Assembly (NCBI GenBank): GCA_004431415.1
Contig: QPMI01000517.1
Location: forward strand, 62,001 to 126,000
Origin: Cyanophora paradoxa CCMP329
Lineage: Eukaryota > Plantae > Glaucophyta
Reading direction: 5' to 3'
Length of the DNA: 64,000 nucleotides
Shown piece by piece: positions 61,201 through 64,000 of this stretch; position 1 is the stretch's first letter, and each line of letters begins with the position of its first letter. Position numbers and translations under genes: made by a program. A model generated the notes under the pieces. That model saw nothing but the letters and a program-made list of their open reading frames with translations. It did not search any database and was not told the DNA's origin.

Positions 61201-62862
61201 GGCGAACCGATTCGTCGTCATCCCGTACGAGGTCAGTGGGGCACTTTGCATGCATGATCGATCGCAAGAGCTGACCAGACCTGCGCGCAGCCATTCCCGT
61301 GCGAGCGCTGCAGCTCGCCAACGGACGGCCTGGCGCAGGCGGTGGCGGTGCGAGTGGCGCAGCGGGGCTTCACGTTCCACCACGACTTCAAGGGCTACCC
61401 CCTCTGCGGCCGCGCCTTCGAGAACATCATGATACGGAAAACGATGTACCCAGGCCATCGCGAAGGCCTGCGCGTACGGGACACTGGCGATGCTAGCGCA
61501 TCGTCCAGCAGCATAAACAGCCTTCCGGCACCAAACGGAGCTGGAGGACACCGCCCGAGCACACCGGAGCCGAAAACAAGGCTCGCGACGCAACGCCAAC
61601 AACAAGATGCAATCCAAGCGGCGTCGCAGCTCAGCGGTGCAGAGGGAGTCGAACGATGTGGCGCCGCGCTCACTCTCGAGCCGAGCGACCACCAAGAAGT
61701 CAACGCCGCCCGCGACGGAATTCGAGCCGGGCGGCGACCGACCGAACAAGCTCCTTCTGCTTGCAGAAGCCCCCGTGCGATGCGCCCTTGCGAAGGGACA
61801 TCACCCCGCCTCGCGCGTCGTTCGCGCCACCCGCCCGGGCCTCACGCCCGCCCCGCAGTTCTCAAATCACCCTTCTTTCACTGCGTGGCGGGCGCGGGCG
61901 GCCGACGTTCGAACGACGTGCCCCCCGCATTCGCTGCCGACGCTAAAGGCATGCCTCGCTTTGGCCGATGTCATGGGGCCTTACACCGTCGTCGTGCGGT
62001 TTGGCTATCCATGAATAAGCCCCCCCTCAATCCACACAGGAGCCGATGTAACGGGGCCTTACACCGTCGTCGTACGGTTTGGCTATCCGTCCGGTCTCCC
62101 CCGCTGCGCCGATGCCACGGGGCCACACGCCGTCGTCGAGCGGCCCGGCTCTCCGAGGATAGGCAACCCGCGCGTCGATCCCCCGGGGCCGCAAGGCTCA
62201 CCGGGGTAAGATGCCCCCCTGCTGTTCGCTCTCCGCCGCGCGCGCCCTCCCGCCCGCCTGCACGCCGCCCGCCTCCCCATCTCGACCCTCTCATGCCACA
62301 CCTTCCTCGCAGGAAACTGGGTCTCCGGCATGATGTCTCTACCCTTCTGTTCTCTTTTCTTTTCCTCGCCCTCCTCCCGCCGGCGGCCAGCCTCGCTCCG
62401 GTCCTCGGACCCCTAACTGCACCCACCACCTGGGCTCTCCCCTCCACCCCTATCCTCGAGACCCGCGAGTCTCCTCTCTCTAGCTTCACAGGGGCTCTTA
62501 TAACCTCTCTCCTTCTCTCCATAGCCCTCCTCCTTTTCGATCTCCCCCACGTGCCCCCCAGCCCCGCATCATCTCGGGGCCCGCACCGTAACCCAGACTC
62601 CCGCCCATACCCCGCCCCATCCCCCTCCCCCCCCGCTCCACCCGGCCCTGGCTCAACCCGCCCCGCCGACGTGTCTGGCGCCACCTCTCCAAGGCCGCTC
62701 GCCGCCGCCTGCGCCGTGCTCGTCCGCGCCGGCATCTCCAGACCACCCTCCCCCTCCCCCTACCGCTACCTGGGTACCCAGATCCCCTATTCCCCTACAC
62801 GTCCCGCCCTACACCTCGGTCCCCCCGCCGCCGTCACTCCCGTCGCTTTCGTCGCTTTCTGA
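58276..62862 (+). CDS. Putative retroelement ORF1/gag-like protein (RRM-like segments + CxxC..H..C), with introns
   Basis: Long ORFs with GT-AG introns (60215-60304, 60509-60574, 61232-61290). PFPCERC...HHDFKGYPLC knuckle-like motif, followed by a C-rich Pro-rich region. No RT within the window. Confidence 0.45.
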
Positions 62863-64000
62863 CTCCCTCCCTCCCACCTCCCCCGGCCCCCGCCTCATCC
62901 CCCGCCCCTCCGGATCCCACGACCTCTCTCTCTGCCCCTACAACCCAAACGCTTGCCCTACGCCCCTCCTCCTCCGCTCGCCAACGGACACGCACTGCCC
63001 GCCCGCCCCCCCCCCTCCCTATGCGCCCCTCTTTCTCCACGGCCCGCGCAAGCCGCAATTTCGCCGCCGCCGTTCTTCTTCGCTCTCACTGGTTGCCCGC
63101 CCTGCCACCTCCCCCCACGCTTCCGACCCGACCACCTCGCCCGCCCTTTCGGTCCGGCACTCGACTAACACGCACTATCCTCTTATCCCGCTGTCCCGAA
63201 CCCAGCGGCCATGGCCATGTACACTCCCCCGAACCCACCCCCACCCCTACTCCCCCCATGCCCCCAGCTCCTCGCACCCCCACCCTCCCCCGCCCTCTCC
63301 CCCGCCCTCCCCCCTCTCATCAGACGCCCCCTACAGCGCGGCCGCCCCATTATAACCTCCCCAACAACCTCACCTACCCATGCCTTCTCCTCCTCTTTCT
63401 TCTCAACCAAATCTTCTTTCCCTCCCGGTCTCCCCCTCGACCCCGCGCCCCCTACCCCACCTCTCCTTCCCCTGCCCCCCACCCTCCCCTCCCAGCCCCC
63501 CTCTCAGTCTGCCCCAACACGCCCCCAGTCCACGGGCCCGCCCTATCCTGGATGTCTCGAGCTCTCACCCTGACATCAACCCAGCCCCCCCCCCCCCTAG
63601 CCGCATCCCGCCCCCCCTGGTCGCACCTCCCGCCTCCCTTCTCCAACTTCCCTCCGCCTTTCTGCTCCCTCCCTGCCTATTTCTCCTCCTCCTATTGCAC
63701 CGCCTGACAACCCCCCTCTTCAACCCCACCCCTGCCCCACATGCTCTCCGGGATTTCCTTGCACAAGGACGCCACCGGTTCGGTTCGCCCCTCTCCTCAG
63801 CACGCACACCTCCCCTCCATACCTCCCGTTAGCAGCCCTTCTTCTCCATCTTTACCTCGCGTCCCCGGCCCTCCCCACTATTCTTCAAATCGGCGCCTCC
63901 GCCCGCTTCCTGCTTGGCTCCCTCCCACTCCTCCCTCTCTCTCTCCTCGGGGACCCCCCGCCCTACTCCCCCCCCGCGCCTCCCCCCACTCCACCAGACT

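Noticed and set aside
63170-63240. 2A-like peptide at the start of a LINE ORF2
   Set aside because: HGHVHSPEP does not match DxExNPGP.
1-64000. Species assignment (intron style is reminiscent of glaucophyte-like algae)
   Set aside because: It cannot be supported without a database search.

Overview
This is intron-rich, GC-rich eukaryotic (protist/algal-type) DNA with short GT/GC-AG introns and microexons, not prokaryotic DNA. Host genes: two tandem + strand paralogues encoding an apparent receptor architecture. It runs bacterial-type Toll/IL-1R (TIR) domain(s) with the catalytic Glu, an 'HTxLxxRAxxW...LxxAxxWL' linker, a single TM helix, a coiled coil, WD40-like propellers and variable extracellular-type domains (copy 1: <47-27000; copy 2: 32713-44541, ending in EGF, WSC-like and Cys-rich repeats). 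The 3' exons of a class II CPD photolyase lie on the - strand (56360-58102). Mobile elements: (i) a 5.07-kb gag-only LTR retroelement (1560-6625; 437-bp LTRs, CCGG TSD); (ii) a complete 11.15-kb Polinton/Maverick-like endogenous virus (11371-22524; 428-bp inverted termini, 6-bp TSD CTGGTC; pPolB, rve integrase, HNH-AP2, packaging ATPase, major and minor capsid); (iii) a 10.5-kb tyrosine-recombinase retrotransposon with split direct repeats (44889-55369); (iv) MITE-like elements in a palindrome-rich spacer (27.4-32.5 kb); and (v) a probable intron-containing retroelement ORF1-like gene (58.3-64 kb). Both the LTR element and the virus sit inside coding exons of TIR-receptor copy 1. Gene models were spliced by eye and no database searches were run. 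Many frameshifts may be long-read consensus errors.
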